From the NCBI GenBank assembly GCA_035935095.1, contig DASYXJ010000075.1, forward strand, positions 1 to 64,000: a stretch of 64,000 bases of DNA. The letters run 5' to 3'. The position numbers and the translations under genes were made by a program. The DNA comes from Nitrososphaerales archaeon. Lineage in GTDB: Archaea; Thermoproteota; Nitrososphaeria; Nitrososphaerales; Gagatemarchaeaceae. The notes below the pieces were generated by a model, which was given only the letters and a program-made list of their open reading frames with translations, did no database searches and was not told where the DNA came from. Of the stretch, positions 48,917 through 58,575 are shown in pieces. How positions within the stretch are numbered: the first letter of the stretch is position 1; the number at the start of each line of letters is the position of its first letter.

Positions 48917-49048
48917 TAGCGAGGGGAGGATTTGAACGTACGGTCGAGCCGAGGCTCGAACTCCGCTCTGCGGGTGTCTAAGCTCTCGCTTATGAGCCCG
49001 CCGGGATGATCCTTACCCCCACAGGGGGTCTGGCTTCCCCACCTCGCT
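48917..49048 (-). tRNA. putative initiator tRNA-Met (CAT) with three predicted introns
   Basis: Minus-strand read: perfect 7-bp acceptor stem AGCGAGG/CCTCGCT with A1:U72 and discriminator A. GCGGG-CTCATA-[~15 nt insert]-A-CCCGC anticodon arm (CAT, three G-C pairs). GGAG-[~23 nt insert]-G-TTCAAAT-CCTCC T-arm. D-region about 20 nt too long. Confidence 0.5.
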
Positions 49049-49093
49049 GAAGAGAAGCCCGTGACGTTTGGCCCTTAAATCTTCCTTGCTCGA

Positions 49094-49207
49094 CTAAGTA
49101 GAAACCAGAATCTGCATGCAGGCGGCCCGGTTGTACTTGCAGCATGTGCACTTCCCGCAGCTTTCGTAATCCTTGTGCCGGCATGCCTTGCAAATGCAGG
49201 AAGCCAT
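49094..49207 (-). CDS. unannotated Cys-rich mini-protein (37 aa)
   Basis: Hand-translated MASCICKACRHKDYESCGKCTCCKYNRAACMQILVST: 10 Cys in 37 aa. Lies between the tRNA and the HD-domain gene. Confidence 0.3.
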   Translation of the reverse strand: MASCICKACRHKDYESCGKCTCCKYNRAACMQILVST

Positions 49208-49219
49208 GAGATGCTCTCG

Positions 49220-49771
49220 CTATTGTGACGCTTTAAGCTTCTCGAAGATCAATTTCTCCGGGTCTTCCCCAAGCTCTCGTTGCAGTGATTCCTTCAAGGC
49301 GAGGAGCCTCCCCACATCGTGGGACTTGATTCTGAATCTTCGTACCTCCTCTTCGAAGGACCTCACCTTGTTCCTGTCGACCATCTTGTCCGCAAAACAG
49401 ACGATCTTCTCCTCCAGAGTGCGAGGGATATAGTCAAGGTCGGGGAGTCCCAGGCGAATAGATTCTTCGGGCGCAATCCCCGCTCCTACGTGCTTCCTGA
49501 CAATCTCGACCACCTTTTTGTCCGCCCCTTCCTTTTCTACGATCTGCGACCCTTCGATGCCGTGACTGATCGTGTGTGTCTTCGAGCGGCCTATGTCGTG
49601 GAGCATTGCAGCAGAGACTACAGCCTGCAGGTCCACTTGACGCCCTCTATTCTCGAACGCCTCGGCAAGAACCTTGGCCACTCGTGCTACAGTCTCACAA
49701 TGTTCTATGATGACTTGGTCCGACCCGTATTTCCTGTGCAGTGCGATGGCCTCCCCCTCGGAGGGGATCAC
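49220..49771 (-). CDS. HD-domain phosphohydrolase
   Basis: MLHDIGRS HD motif. Upstream His (AHVA). Confidence 0.75.
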   Translation of the reverse strand: MIPSEGEAIALHRKYGSDQVIIEHCETVARVAKVLAEAFENRGRQVDLQAVVSAAMLHDIGRSKTHTISHGIEGSQIVEKEGADKKVVEIVRKHVGAGIAPEESIRLGLPDLDYIPRTLEEKIVCFADKMVDRNKVRSFEEEVRRFRIKSHDVGRLLALKESLQRELGEDPEKLIFEKLKASQ

Positions 49772-50277
49772 TTGGCCAGTTCCTCTTCGAGTTGTTTGAT
49801 CTTCCAGCGGAGCGCGTCCTTCAGCTCGGTGTTATCCAGTCGGTTCAAGGGTTTGCTGCATGTAGGGCATTTGAAGAAGTTCTCCATTGCGTCCTCGAAG
49901 GTCCTGGTGAGGCAAGTCGCGGTCCCGCAGTGGTAGAATTCATGGGTTTCTTCATAGTCCAGCCTCTGCCTGAGTCTGTTCAGCACCTTCCGCCTTTGGG
50001 TCTGGATGAACCCGTCCGTCTGGTCCCGCTGGGCCTTCCACCTATAGACGAACCATCCTCTCTTGGGGTCCCGCACCCTTACCCCAGTAATCAGGCTTCG
50101 GCCGAAGAGGTCGTAGAGGGCCTTCCTTACAGTCTTGATCTTCAGGCCGGTGGCTGAAGCGATCTCCTCATCGGTCGCGTTTTCGTTGTTGAGAAGCGCT
50201 CTCGCTACCCGTACGTAGTCCGGCCCCCCGATTAGACCGGCTACTTTTACAAATGTGTCTTCATATTCGATTTTCAA
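49768..50277 (-). CDS. tfe: transcription factor E (TFIIE alpha homolog)
   Basis: N-terminal wHTH. C-terminal zinc ribbon (YHCGTATC...CPTCSKPL). 4-nt overlap with the neighbours. Confidence 0.8.
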   Translation of the reverse strand: MKIEYEDTFVKVAGLIGGPDYVRVARALLNNENATDEEIASATGLKIKTVRKALYDLFGRSLITGVRVRDPKRGWFVYRWKAQRDQTDGFIQTQRRKVLNRLRQRLDYEETHEFYHCGTATCLTRTFEDAMENFFKCPTCSKPLNRLDNTELKDALRWKIKQLEEELAK

Positions 50278-50831
50278 TTTTCTACAACCCTCTTGCCATG
50301 GGCAGATGGCAAGATTCTGAGTCTACTTTTGTGAAACGGCCTCTTAAGTTCTTCCCCGGACTGTATTTCATGGAGCGCAATTGCGAGGGCGGCGATCTCG
50401 GAATGAGGCTGGGACGTGACTGAGACATTGTAGTCAGCTTCGTGGTACACCTTTCCCGGCACCTTTGGGCCCCCCACGACCAAGAGCACCTTCTCGAGGC
50501 TTCGAAGTTCATGAGTGACCTCCTGAATCGGCACCCCGTACATAGTGAGATGCACAATCTTCCAGCCATCTTTCTTCGCGTCTTGAATCACCTTCCTCCA
50601 AGGCATGCCCAGGACCGCTTTGAAATCCCCTCCCCATGTCTTGTTCACCTCCTCGAGAGTCCCTGTGACATCCTTTTCGGCATCCTGAAGATAGATCGAC
50701 TCCGCCCCCAAAGCCCTGGAGACCAGGCAGAGATGAGTGAGTGTCCTGTCGTCCCTGACGTATCTCTGCCCGACCCTGAGCACCCGTATCGATGTCAGTC
50801 CGACGACCATGACCGTCCCCGCAGCGGCCAC
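50274..50831 (-). CDS. trm56: tRNA (cytidine56-2'-O)-methyltransferase aTrm56 (SPOUT)
   Basis: RTLTHLCLVSRALGAESIYL...WGGDFKAV...HLTMYG...VLLVVGGPKVP...ADYNVSVTSQPHSEIAALAIAL parallels aTrm56. Confidence 0.85.
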   Translation of the reverse strand: MAAAGTVMVVGLTSIRVLRVGQRYVRDDRTLTHLCLVSRALGAESIYLQDAEKDVTGTLEEVNKTWGGDFKAVLGMPWRKVIQDAKKDGWKIVHLTMYGVPIQEVTHELRSLEKVLLVVGGPKVPGKVYHEADYNVSVTSQPHSEIAALAIALHEIQSGEELKRPFHKSRLRILPSAHGKRVVEN

Positions 50832-50859
50832 TAGATGAACGATTCAGACGGCCCTCCGA

Positions 50860-51414
50860 ATGCTGAACGAGAGCGAGCACTCTTATCTAGCCAGGTTGGG
50901 GACCCGGACACAGATGGCTGACCCGACGGTCATAGCGGTCCTGACATTTCTTCACATAGCGTCTGCAATCGGCTGGATGGGAGCCGTGGTGTTCTTCTTG
51001 TCTGTGATTGGGCCTTCGGTCCGGAATTTCACCCCAGCTGCCTCGCTCGAATTCCTTACCAAAGTCGGTCCTAGGCAAATTAGGTACTTCGCCGGGACAG
51101 CGACTTCAACGATAGTCTTCGGCCTTGCCCTTCTCTTCACTACGTTTGGGACCGACTACACGACCTGGCCGAGATACATCGAAGTAGGATTCTCGTTGGG
51201 GCTGCTGGCCTATCTCATCGCCTTGCTCGTAGCCATCCCAAGCTTCCGCGGAGCAGACAAGGTCGCCCATCAGATCATGAGCAACCCGCAGGCTGGGCCT
51301 CCGCCTCCGGAACTGGCCCGATACCTCAAGAGGGGGAATCAGGCCGCGATTGCCATCGCAATCATCCTTCTGCTCGCCTTGGTGTTCATGGTCCTCAGCA
51401 CCGTCTTCGCCTAG
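50860..51414 (+). CDS. integral membrane protein (4 TM)
   Basis: Hydrophobicity pattern. Confidence 0.45.
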   Translation: MLNESEHSYLARLGTRTQMADPTVIAVLTFLHIASAIGWMGAVVFFLSVIGPSVRNFTPAASLEFLTKVGPRQIRYFAGTATSTIVFGLALLFTTFGTDYTTWPRYIEVGFSLGLLAYLIALLVAIPSFRGADKVAHQIMSNPQAGPPPPELARYLKRGNQAAIAIAIILLLALVFMVLSTVFA

Positions 51415-51455
51415 CCAAAAGCAGGTCCTGGCCACACCTTTTATCGACCTTCCCT

Positions 51456-51935
51456 ATGATGCGGCAGTTGCCTACTCCGGGAGACCTCAGACGCATTTCA
51501 ATCATGGTTGACTACCTTTTCGGGAAAGGGGTGAGCAAGGCCCTCCCGAAAAAGGGCTTCAGCCTTCAATACTCGCGTCGGTCGGGCCGTGTCAAACTCA
51601 TCTTCCATGAAGAAAAGCTCTTCGCCACTGTCAAGCCAAACGGGGCCATGGCCCTTTCGATCTACGGGGCAGCTATCCTTTCGAAGAGCCCGAAGTTCAA
51701 AGATAATTGCGTCCAAGTCTCCGACGACGTCGTGGAGTTCGTAAGGAGTACCAAGTCCGTGTTTTGCAAATTCGTCCTATGGGCAGGGAAAAACATCTAT
51801 CCGAAGAGCGAGGTCGCTGTCATCGACGAGAAAGGGAAGGTCGTGGGCGTTGGGATGGCCGTCCTCAATGGGGCCTTCATGCGATTGTTTAAGACCGGGG
51901 TCGCCGTGAAGGTAAGAGCAGGTCTCAAGAAATGA
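51456..51935 (+). CDS. PUA-domain protein
   Basis: C-terminal PUA-like segment (CVQVSDDVVEFVRSTKSVFCKFVLWAGKNIYPKSEVAVIDEKGKVVGVGMAV). Confidence 0.55.
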   Translation: MMRQLPTPGDLRRISIMVDYLFGKGVSKALPKKGFSLQYSRRSGRVKLIFHEEKLFATVKPNGAMALSIYGAAILSKSPKFKDNCVQVSDDVVEFVRSTKSVFCKFVLWAGKNIYPKSEVAVIDEKGKVVGVGMAVLNGAFMRLFKTGVAVKVRAGLKK

Positions 51936-52264
51936 AGATGGACAACAGAAACGCCAGAAGGATGATGGACCGCCTGGGGATCGACATGAAGGAGATACCG
52001 AACGTCCAAGAGGTCATTATCAAGACACCAGAGAGGGAATTGCACATCACGAACGCCTCGGTCTCTGAGGTCAACGCCCAGGGGAACCGGGTGTTCCAAG
52101 TGGCGGGAGAAGTCGAAGAGGTCGAGGTCGAGAAGAAAACCTTCAGCGACGAGGATATTCTACTCGTGCAGCAGCAGACGGGGGTATCGAAGGAACGAGC
52201 GATGACGGCGTTGGAAGAGTCGGACGGAGAAGTCGCCAGGGCCATCCTGAAACTAACGTCCTAG
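51932..52264 (+). CDS. nac: nascent polypeptide-associated complex protein (NAC alpha, with UBA)
   Basis: NAC domain (MDRLGIDMKEIPNVQEVIIKT). C-terminal UBA-like (VSKERAMTALEESDGEVARAI). Confidence 0.85.
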   Translation: MKMDNRNARRMMDRLGIDMKEIPNVQEVIIKTPERELHITNASVSEVNAQGNRVFQVAGEVEEVEVEKKTFSDEDILLVQQQTGVSKERAMTALEESDGEVARAILKLTS

Positions 52265-52321
52265 GACGTGTTCTGTTTCCGATAGTAGAAAGTCGGGGTC
52301 TTGAGTTGACGATCGGCTTCT

Positions 52322-52669
52322 TCACAATCGACGTTTCCATCCGCGTTGTCCCATTGAACGAAGAAGGCACCCTCGCCGGCCCATTCGGCAAATTCTCTTG
52401 ACGGCTGTGGCGTGAGGCTCCGTGGTCACGAAAAACCCTATGGCTTTGCGATCCTTCCAGACTGAGTAGGTCCAGAATCTCTTGTGAAGGAAGTCTGTCT
52501 TCAACCCATACCTCACCACCCCTTCTGTTTTTCTAAGCTGTCGCTCCACCAGGCCGGACCTGCGGAAGAACACGATAACGTGCCTCCAACGCCCGACGGG
52601 CAAGTAGGTGGCAACAGATGTGAATTCACCGAAGTCAGCTGGGCTGACTTCAACAACTTTCTGGACCAA
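52322..52669 (-). CDS. hypothetical protein (alpha/beta-barrel-like?)
   Basis: No confident family. Confidence 0.3.
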   Translation of the reverse strand: MVQKVVEVSPADFGEFTSVATYLPVGRWRHVIVFFRRSGLVERQLRKTEGVVRYGLKTDFLHKRFWTYSVWKDRKAIGFFVTTEPHATAVKRICRMGRRGCLLRSMGQRGWKRRL

Positions 52670-52715
52670 GAATCCCTCCTACCGCGAGGCGAGATAACTA
52701 GTATTCGCTGGTGGG

Positions 52716-53288
52716 CTATGCGCCTAGAACTTCCAGAGCCTTGGTCGTAAGCTTTCGATCTTTAGTCAGATAACCACTCGAGGTCAATGACGTGGTCTCA
52801 GTTTCGATGGCGTCTTTGTCCATGGAGAGCATTCTTCCGATATCATTGGAGTTCTTCATCCCCTGTCTATAACATCGCAGAACAATGAATTGTGCGCGCG
52901 AGATGTCCGCTGGAAGTGTCGCTGGGATGCCCGCCTGGGCTCCCATTCCGCCCATCCCTCCCATCATGCTCATCATCCCTGGAAAATTCATTTTGCTCAT
53001 CATTTCATCCGGCGAAGGCATCGTCGCTGCTGCCATCACGCTGCTGGCGGATCGTCCAACCCTGCTGAGGACTTCGTAGAGGACCAACCCTGTCGCTCCA
53101 CCTGGAACCAATGCCGCAAACGGGCTCCCTGCACCGTACGTTTGAGTGAGGGATGTCATATCAAAACCCAAGATTTTTTGGGGATCCAGCCCAATGGGTG
53201 TCAAGTATCCATAGATGAAGAGGATAACCAATATTGACACCACGGCGGAAATCGAAGCTCTAGCGACCCTGCTGAGCTTTCCCAACAT
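52716..53288 (-). CDS. membrane-anchored protein with Met/Gly-rich linker and C-terminal wHTH
   Basis: N-terminal TM, MMSMMGGMGGMG linker, MarR-like C-terminus (AQFIVLRCYRQG...IGRMLSMDKDAI). Confidence 0.4.
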   Translation of the reverse strand: MLGKLSRVARASISAVVSILVILFIYGYLTPIGLDPQKILGFDMTSLTQTYGAGSPFAALVPGGATGLVLYEVLSRVGRSASSVMAAATMPSPDEMMSKMNFPGMMSMMGGMGGMGAQAGIPATLPADISRAQFIVLRCYRQGMKNSNDIGRMLSMDKDAIETETTSLTSSGYLTKDRKLTTKALEVLGA

Positions 53289-53388
53289 TCAAACGGACGA
53301 GACTCCCAAATTTATCCATTGCGCCTGGCAGCGGCGGGCATCCTCCGGATTGAATTCCTAGGGCTGGCGACTGTTCCCCTGAGAATAC

Positions 53389-53404
53389 GTTTAATTACAT
53401 AAAT
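53389..53404 (+). promoter_or_regulatory. TATA-like box for the A-type ATPase operon
   Basis: tttaattacataaat about 30-40 nt upstream of the atpH start. Confidence 0.3.
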
Positions 53405-53429
53405 CAGAGGCAGACGAAAAACAACTTAC

Positions 53430-53759
53430 ATGAGTTCTGCCATTGAAGAGACGGTCAAGGCTCTCGTCGAATTCGAGTCAGACCTCGACGCCGCGAAGGG
53501 GGAAGTCTCCCAAGCTAAGACGAAGACAATGAAAGAAGCTGCGGACTGGGCAGTGGCTGCCAAAGCTTCTGCAATCTCAAAGGCTCAGGAGATCGCTTCC
53601 AGGACCGTAGCCAAGGCCAGGGAGGCCGCGGAAGCCGAGGCTGCAAAAATCCGGAAGAATGGCGAATCAGACTTGAAGGCGTTTGAAAGTTCAATCACGG
53701 AGCACAAGTCAAAGGCGGCTGAGCTGGTCGCCTCTAGGCTCTTGGGTGAGGCCGAGTGA
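53430..53759 (+). CDS. atpH: A-type ATP synthase subunit H
   Basis: ~109-aa Ala/Glu/Lys-rich helical protein. First gene of the ATPase operon. Confidence 0.55.
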   Translation: MSSAIEETVKALVEFESDLDAAKGEVSQAKTKTMKEAADWAVAAKASAISKAQEIASRTVAKAREAAEAEAAKIRKNGESDLKAFESSITEHKSKAAELVASRLLGEAE

Positions 53760-54052
53760 AGGTCGTGGCAGTCGGCGGAAAAGCGTTCGTCACCGGGTTC
53801 GTCCTTTCGGGCGTCAGTGGAGAATATGTGTCCAACTCTTCAGCCGCCCTTGAGAAGATCGTGGCTCTGTCAAAGAATCCATCTGTGGGGCTCATCATGG
53901 TGAGCGACGAGGTGTCCAAACCAATAGCCGACCAGTTGACCGCGATACGCTCCAAGAAGGCGATCCCTCTGATCTACGAAGTCCCGGGGCCTGGGAGCAA
54001 GAAGGAGAAAGTGGAGTACAGGGCGATGCTTAGGGCAATCCTAGGAGTTTGA
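53756..54052 (+). CDS. atpF: A-type ATP synthase subunit F
   Basis: MKVVAVGGKAFVTGFVLSGV start typical of subunit F. 4-nt overlap with atpH. Confidence 0.75.
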   Translation: MKVVAVGGKAFVTGFVLSGVSGEYVSNSSAALEKIVALSKNPSVGLIMVSDEVSKPIADQLTAIRSKKAIPLIYEVPGPGSKKEKVEYRAMLRAILGV

Positions 54053-54056
54053 TGGT

Positions 54057-54653
54057 TTGAGCAAAGCGGCAGCGGATACTTTGGAAAAGGTCTCCGGGGA
54101 GTTCCAAGCTGAGGTGATGGCCGACCTTGAAGCAGGACGTAGGGACGCACTGTCAAGGATCGAATCGGCCCGAAAGGAGGCCGCCGAGGCCGTGTCCAAG
54201 ATTCTGGAAACAAGCGTCAAGCAGGCCGAATCCACTAGAAGGCAGATAATCGGGGCTTCCGAGCTCGCGGCCCGAAACGTGAAGCTCAAGTCCCTGGAGA
54301 AGGCGGTCAACGAAGTGTTCGACCTTGCAACAAAAGAGATTTCGTCCACCTCAGGGTCCTCCTACGAAAAGTCAATCGCGGGCCTGATCAAAGAGGGGAT
54401 GGGGGTCATTGGTCAGAAAGCGAAGGTCCAGTGTTCCACCAAGGACAAAAAAGTGGTCGCGTCGGCAATCAGGAAGCTCAAGGGGGGACAGGCCAAGCTC
54501 ACCCTTGACGATACGCCCGTCGAGACGTTGGGTGGGGTCGTCCTGACCACCATCGACGGGTCAATCAGGTTCGACAATACCTTCGAAGCGAGGCTCGAGA
54601 GGATGAAGCCGACCCTGAGGAAAGACGTTGCGGGCATCCTCGCAGGCGCTTGA
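54057..54653 (+). CDS. atpE: A-type ATP synthase subunit E
   Basis: C-terminal GGVVLTTIDGSIRFDNTFEARLE signature of subunit E. Confidence 0.85.
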   Translation: MSKAAADTLEKVSGEFQAEVMADLEAGRRDALSRIESARKEAAEAVSKILETSVKQAESTRRQIIGASELAARNVKLKSLEKAVNEVFDLATKEISSTSGSSYEKSIAGLIKEGMGVIGQKAKVQCSTKDKKVVASAIRKLKGGQAKLTLDDTPVETLGGVVLTTIDGSIRFDNTFEARLERMKPTLRKDVAGILAGA

Positions 54654-54731
54654 AATCCGACGACAAAAATTCGACCAAATCATTCTAAACATTATAAGGC
54701 CCACAAATTTGACGGTCGAGCAGGTTCTGTC

Positions 54732-56519
54732 TTGCCGGTCAAAGGAAAGATCGAGTGGATTTCGGGGCCCGCCGTAAAGGCCTCCGGCATGGCCGCAGCG
54801 CAGATGTACGAGGTAACACAAGTCGGCGAGGAGAAGCTCGTCGGAGAAGTCATCAAACTCACGGGCGACATCGCCTTCGTTCAAGTTTACGAATCTACCA
54901 GCGGCCTCCGACCCGGAGAGCCGGTCCTTGGCACAGGACAGCCTCTTTCGACGACTCTGGGGCCTGGAATGATAGGAACAATCTACGACGGTCTACAGCG
55001 ACCCCTGGACCTGATTGCGAAGAGGGCAGGCTCGTTCATCACAAGGGGGGTCACCGCTGACTCGATTCCTTTCGACAAGCAATGGGAATTCGTCCCCTCC
55101 CTGAAGAAGGGAGACGAAATCGAAGGAGGAAGCATACTGGGTACGGTAAAGGAGACACCACTCATCGACCACAGGATACTAGCGCCACCACTTACGCCGA
55201 AAGCGAAGGTGAAGGACGTCGTCAAGGCAGGGAGTTACAAGATTGATGAGACAGTGGTAACGGCGACGGACAAATCAGGCAAAGACCACGAGCTGATGCT
55301 TTACCATAAATGGCCAGTGCGGAGGCCGCGGCCGATTCGTGAAAGGCTCGACCCTGAGATTCCTCTTCTGACAGGTCAGCGCGTCCTCGACACCCTCTTT
55401 CCGATGTCGAAGGGGGGAACGGGCGCGATACCCGGGGCGTTCGGCACGGGAAAAACCGTCACTTTACACTCAGTGGCAAAATATGCCGACGCGAAGGTCG
55501 TCTTCCACATCGGGTGCGGAGAGCGAGGCAACGAGATGACCGAGGTCCTTGTGGAGTTCCCCGAACTGATAGACCCCCAGAGCGGCAGGCCGCTGATGGA
55601 GAGGACGATACTCATCGCCAACGTCAGCAACATGCCGGTCGCGGCGAGAGAGGCAAGCATCTACACCGGCGTGACTATGGCAGAGTATTACAGGGACATG
55701 GGCTATGACACGGTCCTCGTCGCGGATTCGACCAGCAGGTGGGCCGAAGCACTGCGCGAAATCAGTGGAAGGCTTGAGGAAATGCCCGCGGAAGAAGGCT
55801 ATCCATCGTACCTCGCATCAAGACTGGCGGAGTTTTACGAAAGAGCGGGGAGAGTTGATGTCCTCGGCACTCCCGAGAGGACCGGTTCCATCACGCTCAT
55901 AGGCGCAGTATCGCCAGCCGGAGGCGATTTCACGGAGCCCGTCACCTCGCAGACCATCCGCTTCGTTAAGAACTTCTGGGCCCTTGACGCCAGGCTCGCC
56001 TACTCTCGTCACTATCCTTCCATAAACTGGATGAGCTCCTACTCCGGGTACATCGAGTCAGTCAGCAAGTGGTGGGGAGAGAGGGTCGACAAGGACTGGC
56101 TCAATGTCAGAGCCGACGCCTACGGTATTCTCCAGCGCGAGGACGCCCTCAAGGAAATCGTCAGGCTCCTCGGCCCCGAGGCACTCCCGGACGAAGAGAA
56201 ACTCATCCTAGACGTCGCCCGGATGATACAGATCGGCTTCCTCCAGCAGAACGCCTACGATGATGTCGACGCCTACTGCAGTCCCCAAAAGCAGTTTATC
56301 ATGATGAAGATGTTCGTTCAGTTCCACCAGGAGGCCCTGAAGGCTGTGAGGAACGGGGTCTCCCTCACCAAAATCAGAGGAATGCAGGTCATAGCCCCTA
56401 TGCTCAGAGCCAAGTTCGCCATCAAGAGCGAAGACTTGGGCAAGCTTGAGGCTCTGTCGAAACAGATGCTTGACGAGTTCTCTTCCATTTCGAATGTCCA
56501 GGAAGTCCGCGCCTCTTGA
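54732..56519 (+). CDS. atpA: A-type ATP synthase catalytic subunit A
   Basis: Walker A ([10 protein letters not shown]), non-homologous region and overall A-subunit architecture. Confidence 0.95.
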   Translation: MPVKGKIEWISGPAVKASGMAAAQMYEVTQVGEEKLVGEVIKLTGDIAFVQVYESTSGLRPGEPVLGTGQPLSTTLGPGMIGTIYDGLQRPLDLIAKRAGSFITRGVTADSIPFDKQWEFVPSLKKGDEIEGGSILGTVKETPLIDHRILAPPLTPKAKVKDVVKAGSYKIDETVVTATDKSGKDHELMLYHKWPVRRPRPIRERLDPEIPLLTGQRVLDTLFPMSKGGTGAIPGAFGTGKTVTLHSVAKYADAKVVFHIGCGERGNEMTEVLVEFPELIDPQSGRPLMERTILIANVSNMPVAAREASIYTGVTMAEYYRDMGYDTVLVADSTSRWAEALREISGRLEEMPAEEGYPSYLASRLAEFYERAGRVDVLGTPERTGSITLIGAVSPAGGDFTEPVTSQTIRFVKNFWALDARLAYSRHYPSINWMSSYSGYIESVSKWWGERVDKDWLNVRADAYGILQREDALKEIVRLLGPEALPDEEKLILDVARMIQIGFLQQNAYDDVDAYCSPQKQFIMMKMFVQFHQEALKAVRNGVSLTKIRGMQVIAPMLRAKFAIKSEDLGKLEALSKQMLDEFSSISNVQEVRAS

Positions 56520-57928
56520 GCAAGTCTTCGTCGGGTCTGGAGTACAGCAAGGTAGCTGAGATCAGGGGCCCTCTCCTAGTGGTGGACGGGGTCGAGCGAG
56601 CGGCGTTCGACGAACTGGTCGAGATAGAAGACAATACCGGAAATCACAGGCTCGCCCGCGTCCTCGAGACAGGGTTCGGCAAGGCGGTCGTTCAGGTATT
56701 CGAGGGAACCTCGGGGCTATCAATCAGCGGTACGAAGGCTCGCTTCCTCGGCAGGACGATGGAGCTCGCAGTGTCTGACCAGCTCCTCGGCAGGGTCTTC
56801 GACGGGCTGGGAAGGCCCCAGGACGGCCTGCCCGAACCCGTGGCCAAGGCATTCCTCGACGTCAACGGCGCTCCCATCAATCCTGAGCGACGCGAGTACC
56901 CGACGGACCTAATCCAGACAGGCGTCTCTGTCATCGACGGAATGCTCACACTTGTCAGAGGCCAAAAACTCCCCATCTTTTCTGGAGCAGGAATGCCCCA
57001 CAATATGCTCGCGGCTCAGATTGCGAGGCAGGCCACTGTCGTGGGCGAAGGTGAGGAGTTCGCCGTCGTCTTCGCCGCAGTCGGCGTCTCCCATAGCGAC
57101 GCGTCCTTTTTCCAGCGGACCCTTGCTGAGTCGGGGGCCATCAGACGAAGCATCCTCTACCTGAACCTCGCCGATGACCCGGCCATCGAGAGGATAATCA
57201 CGCCAAGGGTGGCACTGACCGCAGCCGAGTACCTGGCGTTCGAGCTGGGCATGCACGTGCTCGTAATCATCACCGACATTACCAACTACGCGGAGGCGCT
57301 CAGGGAGATTTCGGCCGCTCGAGAAGAGGTCCCAGGGAGAAAGGGCTTCCCCGGCTACCTGTACACCGACCTGGCCACCAACTACGAGCGCGCAGGTAGA
57401 ATCAAGGGGAGAAAGGGGAGCATCACCCAGATGCCCATACTCTCCATGCCCAGCGACGACGTGACGCACCCGATCCCAGACCTCACCGGATACATCACCG
57501 AAGGCCAGATCTTCCTTGGGAGGGACCTTTTCAGGAAGGGGATCTACCCGCCCGTCTACGTCCTCTCGAGCCTTAGCAGGCTGATGGGCCCCGCACTCGG
57601 GTACGTCATAAAGCAGGGGAAGGCCCGGCCCGACCACCACCAGGTCGGCAACCAACTCTACAACGCCTATGCGAGGGCGGTCGAGCTCAGGGCACTCGCC
57701 GAGATCGTTGGCAAGTCCGGCCTAACGGGCTCCGACCTCAGGTACCTGCAGTTCGGTGACGAGTTCGAGCAGAAGTTCCTCAACCAGGGCTACGACGAGA
57801 ACAGGACGTTCGAGGACACACTTAGGATCGCCTGGGACACTCTCTCTGTCCTCCCGGAGAACGAGCTCACCAACATCAAGGAAGAGTTCATCAAGCAACA
57901 CTACGTCAAAGGGAAGTCGACCGGGTAG
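56516..57928 (+). CDS. atpB: A-type ATP synthase subunit B
   Basis: B-subunit pattern lacking a P-loop ([20 protein letters not shown]). ATGA overlap with atpA. Confidence 0.95.
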   Translation: MSKSSSGLEYSKVAEIRGPLLVVDGVERAAFDELVEIEDNTGNHRLARVLETGFGKAVVQVFEGTSGLSISGTKARFLGRTMELAVSDQLLGRVFDGLGRPQDGLPEPVAKAFLDVNGAPINPERREYPTDLIQTGVSVIDGMLTLVRGQKLPIFSGAGMPHNMLAAQIARQATVVGEGEEFAVVFAAVGVSHSDASFFQRTLAESGAIRRSILYLNLADDPAIERIITPRVALTAAEYLAFELGMHVLVIITDITNYAEALREISAAREEVPGRKGFPGYLYTDLATNYERAGRIKGRKGSITQMPILSMPSDDVTHPIPDLTGYITEGQIFLGRDLFRKGIYPPVYVLSSLSRLMGPALGYVIKQGKARPDHHQVGNQLYNAYARAVELRALAEIVGKSGLTGSDLRYLQFGDEFEQKFLNQGYDENRTFEDTLRIAWDTLSVLPENELTNIKEEFIKQHYVKGKSTG

Positions 57929-57930
57929 AA

Positions 57931-58575
57931 ATGTCCGTAGCCTCCGGAGGCAACGTCCTGCCGACGAAAATAGAACTTATCGGCACCCGGAGACGTCTCC
58001 AAACAGCAGTCAGGGTCAAGAAGGTCCTCGACGACAAGAGGGACGTCCTCCTGAAACGACTGGACGAGATGATCGAGCAGGCCACCGTGGCCAGGGACGA
58101 GATATCGCAGCCGCTCTCCGATGCCTACCTCGCTCTTTATGACGCCTATCTCAAGCTTGGTCCCCTCAGATTAGAGGGGATAGCAGCTAACACTCCACCG
58201 ATGGTGGAGGCGGACGTCAGCGTACGCAGGGTCGTCGATGTCGACATCCCTTCCATCAAACTCTCAGAGAAGGAGGTCGGGATGACATACGGCTTCGCCG
58301 ACACCAACGTCGCCGTCGACAGGGCTTCCAGGCAGATGAGAAAGGTCCTCCCGTCAATATTCAGGGCGGCCGAATTCGAGAATGCCATATTCAGGTTGGC
58401 AAAGGAGTTGGAGAAGACCCAGCGCCTCCTCAATGCCCTCGAATACATGATCATACCCCGCTATGAGGGTTCGATCCGGTTCATCCAGGCGACCCTCGAA
58501 GAAAGGGAGAGGGAAGAGTTCTCAAGGCTGAAATTCGTGAAGAAAGTGCTGGAAAGGAAGGCGGCAGCCAAATGA
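57931..58575 (+). CDS. atpD: A-type ATP synthase subunit D
   Basis: Central-stalk D-subunit pattern (LPTKIELIGTRRRLQTAVRVKKVLDDKRDVLLKRLDE). Confidence 0.9.
   Translation: MSVASGGNVLPTKIELIGTRRRLQTAVRVKKVLDDKRDVLLKRLDEMIEQATVARDEISQPLSDAYLALYDAYLKLGPLRLEGIAANTPPMVEADVSVRRVVDVDIPSIKLSEKEVGMTYGFADTNVAVDRASRQMRKVLPSIFRAAEFENAIFRLAKELEKTQRLLNALEYMIIPRYEGSIRFIQATLEEREREEFSRLKFVKKVLERKAAAK

Noticed and set aside
48917-49048. Reading the 48.9 kb element as an ordinary intron-less tRNA or as a terminator hairpin
   Set aside because: No 72-76 nt window gives a cloverleaf. The perfect TCGAGC-CTCG-GCTCGA hairpin lies inside the region that must be removed to form the T-stem, so it reads as an intron helix rather than a terminator.
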